Assembly (NCBI GenBank): GCA_964016885.1
Contig: OZ024743.1
Location: forward strand, 307,458,001 to 307,522,000
DNA from: Eledone cirrhosa
Lineage: Eukaryota
Direction: 5' to 3'
Length of the DNA stretch: 64,000 nt
Position numbers and translations under genes: made by a program. The notes below the pieces were generated by a model, which was given only the letters and a program-made list of their open reading frames with translations, was not told the DNA's origin and searched no databases. The first letter of the stretch is position 1, and every line of letters begins with the position of its first letter. Shown here in pieces: positions 13,155-26,859 of the stretch.

Positions 13155-14845
13155 CGTATTTAAGAAAGCCACAACAATGCAAAGGGAAATCTCGAGGTAG
13201 GAAGTGAAATATAGATAGGAAAAACAGGTGAAAGTGAAAGTTGAGAGAGACAAAGATGAAAACAAAACAAAGGTAGAAGGGTTACCGTAGTAGAGATTTT
13301 AATCCCAATATTTCGGGCTCACGCCCATCAACGGGGGAAAAGTTCCAAAAGGGGGGAAAACAGGCCAAGCGGAGAAAGTGGTGATGTCGTTAAGACAGGA
13401 ATGCCGTTATGGGGAGAAAAATATTTAAAATTTAAACGAGGGAGAGAATGCGCGTGCGCGTGATAAGCTGTGGCAAAAGCTACTGACCAAATGGGTTAAA
13501 TCAAGAGGGTGCGTTAGCGTGTGAAAGCCTTGAGATATGTGTATGTAAATATATATGTGTGTGTGACTGTGTGTGTATAAGTGTAAGTGTGTATATGTGT
13601 GAGTGTGTGTGTGTGTGAAAGATAGTGGGCTGTAGAAGTTGGAAATCAAAGGGTGTGAAAGGTGGTAGGTTGTAAAATATGTGTGCGTGTATAAATATAG
13701 AAGTGTGTGTGTGTAAGCGTATGGGTATACATGTGTGTGTGTAACTGTGTATGTATATGTGTGAGTGCGTTTGTGTGTGAAAGATAGTGGGCTGTAGAAG
13801 CTGGAAATCAAAGGGTGTGAAAGGTGGTAGGTTGTAAAAACATGTGTGCGTGTAAAATATAGAAGTGTGTGTGCATGCGTATGGGTATGCATATACGTGC
13901 GTGTGTGTGAATAAAGCAGGCCGTAGGCTGTGAATGGTCATTATGGTTAAATTAGCCATGTCAGCTCATTTCTCTCAGCCCGGTTGTTAAGTGGGGGTCT
14001 GAGGTTCTTAATAACAAGTGCTTCCTTTATCCTTAAGGATCCGATGCTGCGTTCAGTCGCTAGGACTGTGACCAAGGGTCTACCCTGTGGGTTTCTGCAT
14101 TTGAGGATATGTTTACGGAAGGAAGATGCGTTGGTGTTGATATGTTCCTTGATACGAACATGTAGGGGTCGGATGGTGCTACCTATGTAAAACTTGTTAC
14201 ATTTATCGCATTGAATCTTATATACGACATAGGTGCGTAGGCAATCTGCCCCCCGTATCGGGCAGTTGCTGAGGGAACAAGTCCTATCTGCCTCGTAGGG
14301 TTTGTTGGAGAGGCATCTTCGCAGCGAAGGTCCTGTGTGGGCCAAATGTATGTCAAGTCCCTCCGTACGTATGGCCCTGCGGATGGCGTTCGTGGTATAT
14401 TCACTCAGGTGGGGGATTTTAAAGAAGCACCTGCTAATATTAAGTTTTCTAGTGGGTGTCGGTCTACTGGGTCTGGGGTCTCTAATTCCGTTAATCAGTC
14501 GCTTGGGATAACCATTAGATCTGAGTAGATTACGGAATTGCGTGGTATGGGTGAGACCACCCATCGGGTCGCTGCATCTGTTAGTGATCCGTGTCAATTC
14601 ATTTAGGACATAGCCTCTCTTAGCGTTGTTGGGGAGGGCTGAGTTATAATGCACAAATAGGTCCTTGCACGCTGCTTTGCGGTAGAAAGTGGTGTTTATG
14701 TCTCCTTGTTCCGAGATGTTGATACGGAAGTCGAGGAGGGCGAGTGACCCGTCTTCTCCCGGGTGTTCGATGGTGAAATCGATGTGTTGGTCAGTATCGT
14801 TGAAGATTTGGTGAATTTCATTCGCCATCTCCCGGGAAGAAGTAA
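13150..14845 (-). mobile_element. Penelope-like element, second lineage (RT C-terminus plus GIY-YIG), 5'-truncated
   Basis: ORF 13947-14954: FTIEHP...LLDFRI...FYRK...CSLSNCPI...VVYKIQCDKC.KFYIGST.RPLHVRIKEH; GT-rich ~160-bp tandem duplication at 13530-13910. Confidence 0.88.
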
Positions 14846-14949
14846 ATATATATAGAAGGATCTCGGGAAGTTTAGCTAAGAATGTAGGCTTTACATGTAG
14901 CAGCTGTACCAGGACAATAAGCAGCAAACGATCAGAGGAAACAAGCACT

Positions 14950-15532
14950 ACCAAATTCTGGAAAGGCTTGGTAGAAACAGTAGACAGCTTCTGCTACCTA
15001 AGTGACTGAATTAGCAGCGGAGATGGGTGTTCTGAAAGTACAGTAGCTAGAGTAAGGACAGGATGGAAGAAGTTCAGGGAGCTACTACCACTGCTAGCTG
15101 TAAAAGGATTTCCCTCAAAATGAAAGGCAGACTGTATGATGCAGGCATACAAACAGTAATACTGCATGTTAGAGAGACAAGGGCGTTGTGTGCAGAAGAC
15201 TAGTGTGGGTTGGAAAGAAATGAAGTTTCCATGCCCCGATGGATGTGTAATAGTAATATACGAGAATAAGAGGAATCAAATGATGTATGCAGGAGAAGAG
15301 ACTGCGTTGGTATGGACATGTGATGCATATCAAGGATGACAGCTACATAAAAAGGTGCTGAGCGCTCAAATTCGATGGGAGCCTTGGAGTGGGGTGACCA
15401 AATGGGGAACCAAGCAAAACCAGTTCTGTACGTGCAAAATATGGTCACCTGACCTAGCAATGCCCACATCAGGACAACCCTTCTAACCCATGCTAGCATG
15501 GAAAAATTGATGTAAAATGCTGATGATGATGA
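14950..15532 (+). mobile_element. 5'-truncated RTE LINE
   Basis: VDSFCYL...GCSESTVARVRTGWKKFRELLPLL; (GAT)n tail. Confidence 0.85.
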
Positions 15533-15534
15533 TA

Positions 15535-18145
15535 TGTAAAAGGTAAACTGAAATAACAAAACAAATGACACAGTACATGGAAGGAATATATTAGTTTAAC
15601 GCCTGAAATAGCAAAAAGACAGTCTTAATGTTTCGGACACTAGCCCTTCATCAGAAGAAAGAATGAGAAATTAAAGAAGAAATACAAAGATTGAGGGGAC
15701 AGGTAGGGTGGAATCGGAAAAAAATGTTTCCGATGTGCTTAAACGCAATGATAGGTGGGTTTGGAAAAAGCAAGGAGTGACAGAGTCAGAAAAGAGTGTG
15801 CGGAAACAAAAGAGAATATGTCGCTGGAGAGGTAGGGTGATGGGCTGGTAGGTGAGAGGGAAAAGAAGGCAGTATTGGGGTGAGAGGGCTGTAGTACGAT
15901 CGGTTTTACGTGTGCAGGTAAGGGCAGCTTGGATCAGAGAGGCGGATATTCATGTGAAGGGACTGTGTTTCGAAATCATGGTCCTGGCTACAGGCTGATT
16001 AAGACAGAGGAATTGGGAGTAGAGAATGGAGATTTTTGGTGTGGGTTGGTTGGGAGAAGGTGAAGTCAAGGTAAGAGTGGGAGTCAGTGGGTTTGTAGAA
16101 GATGGAAGCGAGTGTGATCGATAGAGAGAGAGATATCAAGAAAAGGGATAGAAGAATCGGAGACGGAAGTGGTGAAGGTGAGAGCTGGATGAAAAGATTG
16201 GACGAAGGAAAGAAAGCAGTTGAGCTGTTCATGGGAGAAGTGGTGCTGATACAGTTGTCAATATAACAACTGTATAGCTCAGGAGTAAGTCCAGTGTACC
16301 ATTCTGGTTCCATTGCTACTCCAGAAACCAGCTGGTAAAACTCCCCAAAAAAGGAAAACCCATTGAGAGCCAGAACAAGTTCAGCCAGATAGAGAAGAGT
16401 GGTATTGCTGGGGTAAGGAGTAGGGGATAGGTCCAAAAAGTGTTGGAGAGCATGGAGGCCATCATCATGAGGGATGACGGTATAGAGAGAGGTGATGTCC
16501 AGGGTGAAGGCAAGAGGGGCCAGGAGAGAAGGAGGAGTTGAAAAGTCTAAGGGCATAATTGGTGTCATGGATGTGGGAGGGGAGGTCAACAACTAAAGGG
16601 GCGAAGATGGTATGGAGGTATTGTGAGATGATTTTGTGGGGTAGTTACAGGCAGAAATAATAGGACGGCCGGGATTATTAAGTTTATGTATTTTGGGGAG
16701 GAAGTAGATGGAGGGTATACGAGGAATGCATCCTAGAAGTTTGGTAGATGTGGGGGGTAGGAGAGGAGGAGATGAGCTGGTGAATGGTGGAGGACAGGAG
16801 CTGTTGGTAGCCTGGGGGTGGGTCGGAGGATAAGGAGCAGTAAAAATGGGTGTCGTGAAGTTGGTGGAGGGCCTCAGTCTTGTGATAGTCTATCTCCATA
16901 CCAGCACAGTTGCACTTTTGACGGGGAGTTTGATGACAATGTCATCACGATGCTGTAGGCTGCAAAAGTGGGCTTGGCATCCAGTGTGATTACCAGCACC
17001 TGAGACTAGTGAAGTTGTCTGACTGTGTCGATGATAGGGTGTTGTGGAAAAAGGCTTCGAGCTTTAATCGGCGGAAGAACCCTTTAATCTCGGCACGTGT
17101 ACAGAACTTGTCGCAGGTGGATGTGGTGGGAATAAAATGCAAACCCCTGGTGAGGAGGGAGGACTCAGCTTCTGAGAGTGGTAGGTCCTGGGTTATGGTG
17201 ACAACAGTGGAGGAACGTGAGGGAGTGAAAGTGGTGGAGGGGCTGTAGTGGTTAGGCAAGGCGTGTGCAGAGTCAGTGGTGGAGAGAGGAGAGGAGGTGA
17301 GAGCAAAGATTGAGGGGATTGTCAATGACGGGATAGTAGGGTTAGGGCTGGAGGTGAAATGAATATGCATCATGACGGCAGGTGGAGAGCAGAGTGAATC
17401 AAATGGTTTTTGCTGAGGGTGAGGAAATTGAAGAGGAGGATAAATTGGATGAGGGATTGGGTGGGAGGGAGTGACAATTGGAAGAGAGATGGAAGTAGGC
17501 CTTGGTCGAGAGAACGTGTTTAAAGGAGTGGAATGGATAGTCACCAGCATGAGATGGTGAGAGCAGCAGGTATGAATGGGCTCAGTGGTGGGGTGGAACT
17601 TGAGGCGGCAACTTCTGGGAATGAGGTGTTGGTGGAGACGACTTAAAAATGTGATATGACTATCATAGTGTGTTTTGATGAAGATGAGGTTGGAGAAATA
17701 CAGGGAGGATTGAATGCAAATAGGGGGAAGAGGTTGGAGGAAGCATTTGAGAGTGGAATGGAACTGGCGGAGGAAGGATTTGAGATTGGGCATGATTGAG
17801 GACTGAGTGTTGGGAGAAGGTGTAGAAATAACAAGGGGAGACTAGTGGTGTGGTGCAAAAAAAGATGTGAGGTGGTGGAAAGAAGAGGCAAAAATACATG
17901 GGTGGAAGGTAGAGTAGGAGGGGGAGGAAACAAAAGACTGGTGAGATGGAGATGCTGGAAGTAAGAAGAGAATAGTGGAGGAAAAGTGATAGTGAGTTGC
18001 GGTGTACTTAAGTAATGCAAGAAGCTAAGAAAATAATTCAGCAATCTGAAAAGATATCCAGGTGGAAGTGCAGATGAAGTCCAGGTGTAAATCCAGTTTC
18101 AGAGTGAAAATCCTACGAACTTGAGAGGTCCTCATCAGCATTGAT
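15535..18145 (-). mobile_element. Penelope-like element, third (Neptune-like) lineage, decayed
   Basis: LSEAESSLLTRGLHFIP, FFRRLKL, PKIHK..PGRPIISAC, DITSLYTVIPH, GVAM, YIDN, FYKPTDSHSYL. Confidence 0.85.
15622..15658 (-). ncRNA. Minimal hammerhead ribozyme in pLTR
   Basis: UCUU-CUGAUGA-AGGGC uagu GUCC-GAAA-CAUU-AAGA. Confidence 0.7.
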
Positions 18146-18304
18146 ATATTGATATATATATATATATATATATATGCAAAAGTTTTATTAAAATTGTTGG
18201 GTTACAACAAGTAAATATTTTATAACTGATATAAGCACTCGACAAGTTTTTGGAGTAGATATACGATATTAAACAAATGGAAACTATATTTATAAAATCA
18301 TATT

Positions 18305-18369
18305 TATTTCATTATACATATTTCAGGGATACCATATTAAAATATGGCATGCCTTCGTCAGATAAAATA
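18305..18369 (-). ncRNA. Type I hammerhead ribozyme in pLTR
   Basis: Reverse complement of 21412-21476. Confidence 0.8.
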
Positions 18370-21300
18370 CAATATATAAAGTTTTATAAATAATTTTGAC
18401 GTACCATAATATAAGCGACCATTAACTTAGGAGGCTGCCTTGGTAGTGAAGTGTTTATAATTATTTAGTTATAGTGTTAAGCACAGTTAGAAAAAGACGG
18501 AGAAAAAGAAGAAAGGAGGTAAGGAAAAACAGAGAGAGAGAGGGGAGAGAAAAAGAAGGAGGTGAAAAAAGAGAGGCAACCGAAAGCAACAGATAAATAA
18601 TAATAATTCACCATACAAATAGAGAGATTCAAGAGAGAGGGAGTACTATATAGAGAGAGAGTACAGTAATTATTTAGTTATAGTGTTAAGCACAGTTAGA
18701 GAAAAGACGGAGAAAAAGAAAATGGAGATAAAGAGGGGGGAGGAAAGAGAGAGAGAAATATAACTAGATAGGGGGAAGTGAAAAACAAGAGAGAAATAAG
18801 AGTGAAATATGAGAGGCAAAACCAAAGCAACAGATACATAATACTTCATCATATATAAAGAGAGAGGAGAAAGAGCAATATATAGAGAGAGAAGGATACA
18901 GTTACATCTTTAGGTCATGTCATATCAATTTGAATTATCAATTCATATGAAATGGATAATAGAATGCTAAATATCAATATTCATGAATGAGACATAGATA
19001 TGTAATATGAGAAAATAACTTTGTTCAATAATGACCATATGTTTAGTTTAAAACTCTGAGGTCAATGTACCAAAATTTGAGATAAACCTTCAAAAATTAC
19101 CCTATTTATAAAAATACGGAAATATATATGTATATATACTACGTATTTGTACTTTCTGAAGAAAGAAAAAAAGAAATTTATGTCTAGCTCTAGTCAATAA
19201 TATAGACATATACATGACTTTACGTGATCAACTCTATAATTTCTTGTGTCATAAAAAGAATTTCTTGTGTTATAAAAAATTTCACTATATATATATACAT
19301 AAAAAATAAACGATTAATATTCATGCGCTCACATATATGATTACCGTTCATGTATTTAATATTATGCATATCTGTAACATATACAGAACTATACCTATAT
19401 ATATATATATATATATGTATATACAAGATGTCTGCGTGAGTATTCCAGCATCTCTATGCACACATACAGACCCATGAACACATAAAATAAACTCTATAAG
19501 CCTTCTATATGCATGTTAATATACATATGGCCTTTGTATAGAGATAATCAAATATACCAGCACAGAAACATCAAAACGCTAAAAAATTTTCAACACACTA
19601 TATAGTATCTCAGGCCAAAAACAATATGCTTCATATATTTACCACAGAAATCTATCCTTCCAATTTTTCAGACAATATATTGCAAAGTCTTTTAGAAGCA
19701 ATCAGAGTCAAAAAACAAATAAAAAAACAAAAATTATTTAACAAAAATTATTTTTAAGATTTAGAAGACCCAGTGGTTCTACGGCTGCCCTTATATTTAG
19801 TATAGAAATTTATCTTGCGTAAAATTTATTTAATACATTGGGAGCATATACATTTTAGAGTAGTTTAATTACATCTTTGTTTATATTTATGAAGAAGGTT
19901 AAAAAGAAAAAGGTGAAGGAATCGAAAGATTTATCATCAGGTTACATACATTGATTATATTTCTTAATTAGTTATACTACATTTAAATTTATATTTAAAC
20001 GTTGAGTTCAATCTATGTCTGCAGCAACTGAATAAATTGCTCCTTAAATTAAGGGAATTTTTGGATTTTAATATAAAGAATATCTCCTCCACGCAGAGAT
20101 CACATGTCTCAGATGAGGAATTAAAAGGAATCCCTCTTGAGACAATATTCCAAAACATCGAATACTCAACATTATCTCGTTTAAGTTGCCAGAGTAGGCT
20201 TGATAGCGAAGTTGAGGATTTTTTGTTTGGATCTGTGAAAGAGTTCTTATGATTATTGAAGCGAAGTTTAAATTCTGTCGAGGTGGAACCAACATAGTTG
20301 AAAGAATTTAAGTTAGTTTTAACATTACAATTGTATACTATATTTTTAATTCAGCAATTGTTATTAACGGACAGTTAGATTTATTTCTACAGTTACAGTT
20401 ATTTAATTGAATATTGTTTGGGTTATTATTGGTATTTTGGTTATGTTTTAAATTCCTATTATTAATTCTGTTAATATTTTGTGCTAAATTTTTGGTGGAC
20501 GAGTAAGTTAATTTTATAGTATGTCTATTAAAAATTGAGTGATATTTATGTGTTCTAGGGAAGCGTTTGTCAAGAGCATTAAAGAATAGTTTAGCAATAT
20601 GGGTTTTAATATTTAGTGAAAAAGGGGGGGGCAAACCATATTATATTTCTAGTTCTATTTCTTTTTCGGCTTTTGGAATTATTGTAATGTTTTCTATTAT
20701 AGTTGTTAATGTTGTTACCGTAATTAAAATTGTTATTATTTTGGTTAGTTTGCTTATTATTATCGATGTACTTAATTTTATCACTATATCCTGCTCTAGC
20801 TAACGCTTCATTGTAATACTGCGCTTTTTCGTCAAAAATATTTTTATTAGATGAAATTCTTGAGATTCGTTCTTGAACAGAGTTCACTATAGTATTTTTA
20901 ACAGATCTGGGGTGATTAGAGTTAAAATTAACATAATTCAAGTTCTCATTTAGTTTGTGAAATGGATAGTGAAGACATGTGTTGAGATTTAGTGTTACAT
21001 CTAGGAAATTGACTATTCTATGGTTATTCTCTATTTCTATTTTTAGATTAAGGTAATTAAAAAATTGTATAATTTGTTTTCTTTTGCTATTTAGTTCACA
21101 GTTATTATTTTCAATAAGTAAAAGCATGTCATCACGATATAATCCTCCGGTTACACCTGGTATTTTTCTATGCAGCGAATTAATTATAAATAGGCCCACA
21201 AGGTCCGTTACCTGAGCTGAGTCTGATGATCCCATAGTTATGTCGAAATTATTATCTCTATCTGCCCTAGTCCATAGTTGGTTATTAAATTCTATCAATG

Positions 21301-21411
21301 TTTTCCTTGCCGATAATATAATGTGCATTTCATTACCAAGGCAGCCTCCTAAGTTAATGGTCGCTTATATTATGGTACGTCAAAATTATTTATAAAACTG
21401 TTTATATATTG

Positions 21412-21476
21412 TATTTTATCTGACGAAGGCATGCCATATTTTAATATGGTATCCCTGAAATATGTATAATGAAATA
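21412..21476 (+). ncRNA. Type I hammerhead ribozyme in inverted pLTR
   Basis: TATTTTAT CTGACGA [AGGCATGCCATATT tt AATATGGTATCCCT] GAAA TATGTA TA ATGAAATA; 8-bp stem I, quasi-palindromic stem III. Confidence 0.82.
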
Positions 21477-21518
21477 AATATGGTTTTATAAATATAGTTT
21501 CCATTTGTTTAATATCGT

Positions 21519-22516
<998 letters not shown>

Positions 22517-22554
22517 TGTATATATATATATATATATATATAGATATATATATA

Positions 22555-22810
22555 GGGGCACATGGCTTAGTGGTTAGAGCATTGGCCTTGCAATCGAAAG
22601 GTTGTGAGTTCAATTCTCAGACCGGATGATGTGTTGTTTCCTTGAACAAGACACTTTATTTCACATTGCTCCAGTTTACTCAGCTGTAGAAATGAGGTTG
22701 GTGTTAGGAAGGGCATCCAGCTGGAGAAATCAAGCCCCAGAATCAGTTCCCATCCCACCCTTGCAAGGATGGAAAAAGCGGACGTAAAATGAAATGATGA
22801 TGATGATGAT
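22555..22810 (+). mobile_element. SINE family S1 (internally shorter)
   Basis: Same head and tail as the 22186 copy; (GAT)n end. Confidence 0.85.
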
Positions 22811-23089
22811 ATATATATATGTAAAAGGTAAACAGAAATAACAAAACAAACAGCACAGTACATGAAACACAAGCGCATTGATGTGATTCCCAAAAGAATG
22901 AAAAAATTGTAAAAAAATAAATGTTATAATTATGAAATGAATTAATCATAATAAAAAAAAAATTTTTTTAAATTAATTTAGCAATAACCTTGCTGGGGCA
23001 TTTTCCTTATATCATTATTTATTACATTAATAGACAAATCTAGTTGATTCTCCTTTGGAGAATGCTTACTGTTCAGAATATGGAAAATA

Positions 23090-24293
23090 TCTTGTAGGAA
23101 GGAAAATAGGGCGCCGGTCCCATCCGGGAAATGGCCATGCTCAGTGTGTAGAAACTCCATTTTATGTCCCAAATGCAAAGTATGGGTGCATAAAAGATGT
23201 AGTGGGATCACAGGTAAGCTAACTAAGAACATAGATTTTACATGTGGCCGGTGCTCTGGTGCAATAAGTAGCAGCAAGTGCCCACAAAATACTAGCTCTT
23301 TCAATTGCACAGAGGGTTCTATAGAAATAATGGACAGCTTCCGTTACCTGGGTGACAAAATCAGCAGTGAGGGAGGGTGCTCTGAAAGTACAGTAGCTAG
23401 AGTCAGAACTAGATGGAAAAAGTTCAGAGAGCTTATACCACTATTAGCCGCTAAAGGGTTCTCTCTAAAAATGAAAGGCAGGCTGTATGATGCCTGCATA
23501 CGAACAGCAATGTTACATGGCAGTGAGACATGGGCATTGTGTGCAGAGGATATATGCAGACTAGAGAGGTACAAAGCTTGCATGCTCCGCTGGATGTGTA
23601 ATAGTAATATACGTGAACGGCAAAGCATTAACGAACTAAGGGAAAAATTAGAAATAAGAGGGATCAGATGTTGTTTACTCGAGAGAAGGCTACGTTGATA
23701 TGGTCACGTGATACGCATGAAAGACGACAGCTGTATAAAAAAGTGCAGAGCAATAAAAATAGACGGTAGCCACGGAGTAGGCAGACCCAGAAAAACCTGG
23801 GACGACTTGATAAATTCCGACCTCACACACTTACACCTCTCCAAGACAATGTTACTGGACCGAGATCTTTGGCAGTACTCAGTAATAGAGAAGACCCGCC
23901 TTACCTAAATACAAAGTAAAACCTACTACAGTCAGTAGGCACCTCTAACAAAATACACCCCGTCCCACTACCCCCACCCCATCCACACCGCCCCTTTCAA
24001 TGTAAAGTTATGTTGGTACCACAACATCCAGGCCGAAACAAATGAGGTCGTGTAGGTGTCACGACAAAAAAACACACAGTCCACGCTGTAATGTGGCCGT
24101 GTAGGTAACACGGTAAAAACCTCCCAGTTCCACACTGTAAATGTGGTTGGTGTTAGGAAGGGCGTCCAGCCGTAGAAAACCCGCCAGACAGTCCTATGCG
24201 AGCAAGACAACCACTCCTGCTTCAAGTGGGAAAACTCCCGTCCAAACCCATGCAAGCGTGGAATATGGACGTTAAACGATGATGATGATGATG
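23090..24293 (+). mobile_element. 5'-truncated RTE LINE with PHD-like finger
   Basis: GKWPCSVC..CPKCKVWVHKRC..CGRC, DSFRYLGD, WKKFREL, MLHGSETW, RRLR*YGHV, GRPRKTW; (GAT)n tail. Confidence 0.9.
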
Positions 24294-24599
24294 AATTCAA
24301 GGAGTTGAAATCGATTATTGTGATAGCCAAAAGAATGAAAAAAGGAAAAATCAATGGTGAAATTATTAAATGAATTATAGTAAACAAAATTCCTTGTTGC
24401 TCAAATATAAATAATGTAAATAACAATTTAAATGAAAAATATATATTAAATTAATTTAACAATAACCTCGCTTCAGAATATTATATTCAACTCATTATAT
24501 TGTTAAAATTTCATCATTAGCGAGTATGTATTATTTTAAATCGTCCAATTAATTTTTTATTTTTTTTCAGTTTTGGTTTTATTTTTGGTTTTTGTTAGT

Positions 24600-26830
24600 T
24601 TTTTTTTAATCTAAAGAACTTCATCATAAACAATGTTTTTAACTTTTTCATCTTTTGTGTAATGATAAACTTTATTAGGATCTTTCAATCTCGAAAGTCC
24701 ATGAGAAAATACTTCATTTTTCAGATTGTTACCAACTTTTTTAAATGTTTCACCTTGTTATTTATTTATTGTCATAGCAAAAGATAGTTTAACTGAAAAT
24801 TGTAATCTTGTAAACCTCACTGCCTCCTTTGCAAGTAATTTAATTCTTGGTAATAATACTAATTCATGATGTACTTTCCATTTAGTATTTTTGCTTCAAT
24901 TACATTATTTATAAGGGATTCCACTATTAACCTTGTTCTGTTGCATAACTTGGGAGTTTGTAAATTTCTCAAAAGAATAATTGGAGCTCCCTTCTTCAAA
25001 TTCAATTCACTACCCAAAGGACGGTTCATCTGCTAGTTAGTGTAATTAATTGCAATGTCCTCAAAAATAAATGTTTCTAAATCAATTTCATTCTCAACTG
25101 ATAATAATATCATGTGATTGTCATCACTTAGGATCCTATTTTCTCCTATTTCTAATAGTTTACTTGCAAAGTCTTGTAAGTTATTATTTCTTAGGATATG
25201 CATTCTCATATTAATTATTAATGGCAATTTGTGGAATAATGACCATAAATATGATGCCTTGATAGATGCATCTATTTCATCAGCTTTTGTGCCTCTTGGT
25301 AGTACTGGAAGTATTTGTCTAAAATTACCAGCTAGTAAAACAGTAATAACACCAAAAGGTAAATTATTGTTTATATTTTTCAATGTTTTATTAACAGCCT
25401 CTAAAATCTTTTTATGTGACATTATAACTTCATCCCAATCGGCAGTAGATTGGCAGTATTGGTAGAGGGTCAGACGCCATGCTTTGACGCATAGAGTTAG
25501 GGCCCTTGCCATTCTGAGTTCAAATCTCGCCGAGGTTAACTTTGCCTTTCATCCTTACGGGGTCTATAAAATAAAGTACCAGTAATACACTGGGATAATT
25601 GCTGGCCTTGTGCCAAAAAGTAGAAACAATTATAACTTCATCCCATACTAATAAATTACAATTTTCAAAGGTTATCCAAATTCAACTATTTTTTCTAATT
25701 GATGTGAATTCATCAAGTATTGAGGATGAAAATGCTAATATACACATTGAATGTACTGTTTTTCCATTATCTATTAAAGTTGCTGCTATTCCTGGCGAAG
25801 TAACGGCTATACAAATATAACCATCCATTTTATTGTTTGCTAGTAAAAGATTGATGAAAAATGTTTTTCCAGTTTCTACCTGGAGCATCTAAAAAGTATA
25901 ATCTTTGTTCATTCCTATCAATTAATGAGTCATTGATTGTAGTGTAAATAAGTCATTGTTCTTCATTCAACAATGGTTCATTCACATCTACAAAGTTTCT
26001 CATTTCTAAGTGTTCATTTACTCTTCCAATATTGTTTACTTCTAGTTCTTCGTAAGTTGGTTCAGGTAGTCTTATTTCAATCAAAGCGCTTTGTCCTATT
26101 TCATACAAAAGAGCTTTAAGTTTGTATAAAAGTTCACTATATAATATTTCTTCATCATTTCTTTTTTCTTTTTGAATATCAACTGACATTGGTTGTTTAA
26201 ATTCTTCATATAATGCTACTAGATCAGAAATATTGCAATGAATAAGAATTATTGTAAATAAGTATCTCACTTGGCATGGTAATTTAGTAGAAACAGTTTC
26301 TCTAAGTGCTAGTTTTAGATGATTGTCATCTTCTAACAAACTACTTGCCAAACATGCTTCTCTAAATGTATTAAAAACAATACCCTCTTACATCTCTGAA
26401 AGATTTTGGACCTCTAACTACGTTCAGCAATAATCTGAGACCATAGCATTCTGTTTGATTAGATGGTACAGTGTAAATACTAGACAATGTTTACACAAAT
26501 CTACCATTCAATCTTTTTCTCCATGTTTTATTGGAAGTAAGGGTATAATGAGATGGAATGTCCTTACAGAAGAAACTTTTTGCATATTTGTCAGTTTCAT
26601 TCAATTTGAAGAATGAAATTACGGTCTTATTTTGGGGATTTCTAATTCTACTTTCAACATTATTGCTGGTAAAGTACACTTTTTGGCTATTTTCTAAATG
26701 TATATCCAATTGTTGAACAGCTGGGTATCACATGTGAATATTAAATTGAAGGATTTTCCATACAGCCTCATTACTATTGAGATAACATCTTGTTACAAGG
26801 TTATTAACAATGGTTATCACTGTGTATTCT
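24600..26830 (-). mobile_element. Second Helitron, decayed Rep-helicase
   Basis: HLENSQKVYF, LLEDDNH, TGKTF, GIAATL, GNFRQILPVLPRG, LLRNLQTPKLCNRTRL, MTINK. Confidence 0.88.
25438..25628 (+). mobile_element. SINE family S2 with 17-bp target-site duplication
   Basis: ATTATAACTTCATCCCA at 25421-25437 and 25629-25645; inserted in the Helitron Walker B region. Confidence 0.9.
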
Positions 26831-26859
26831 TAGTACAGCAGCATCTCTACCTTTACTGC

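Noticed and set aside
13425-13959. His/Thr-rich ORFs
   Set aside because: Translations of GT/CA-rich repeats in a PLE 3' region
18090-18142. CUGAUGA-GGAC...GUUC hammerhead-like motif on the minus strand
   Set aside because: GAAA is absent after stem II and stems I/III cannot be built; at best a dead remnant
18465-18900. ~200-bp direct duplication as a possible LTR pair or CRISPR-like array
   Set aside because: Two adjacent diverged purine-rich units with no spacer structure or LTR termini
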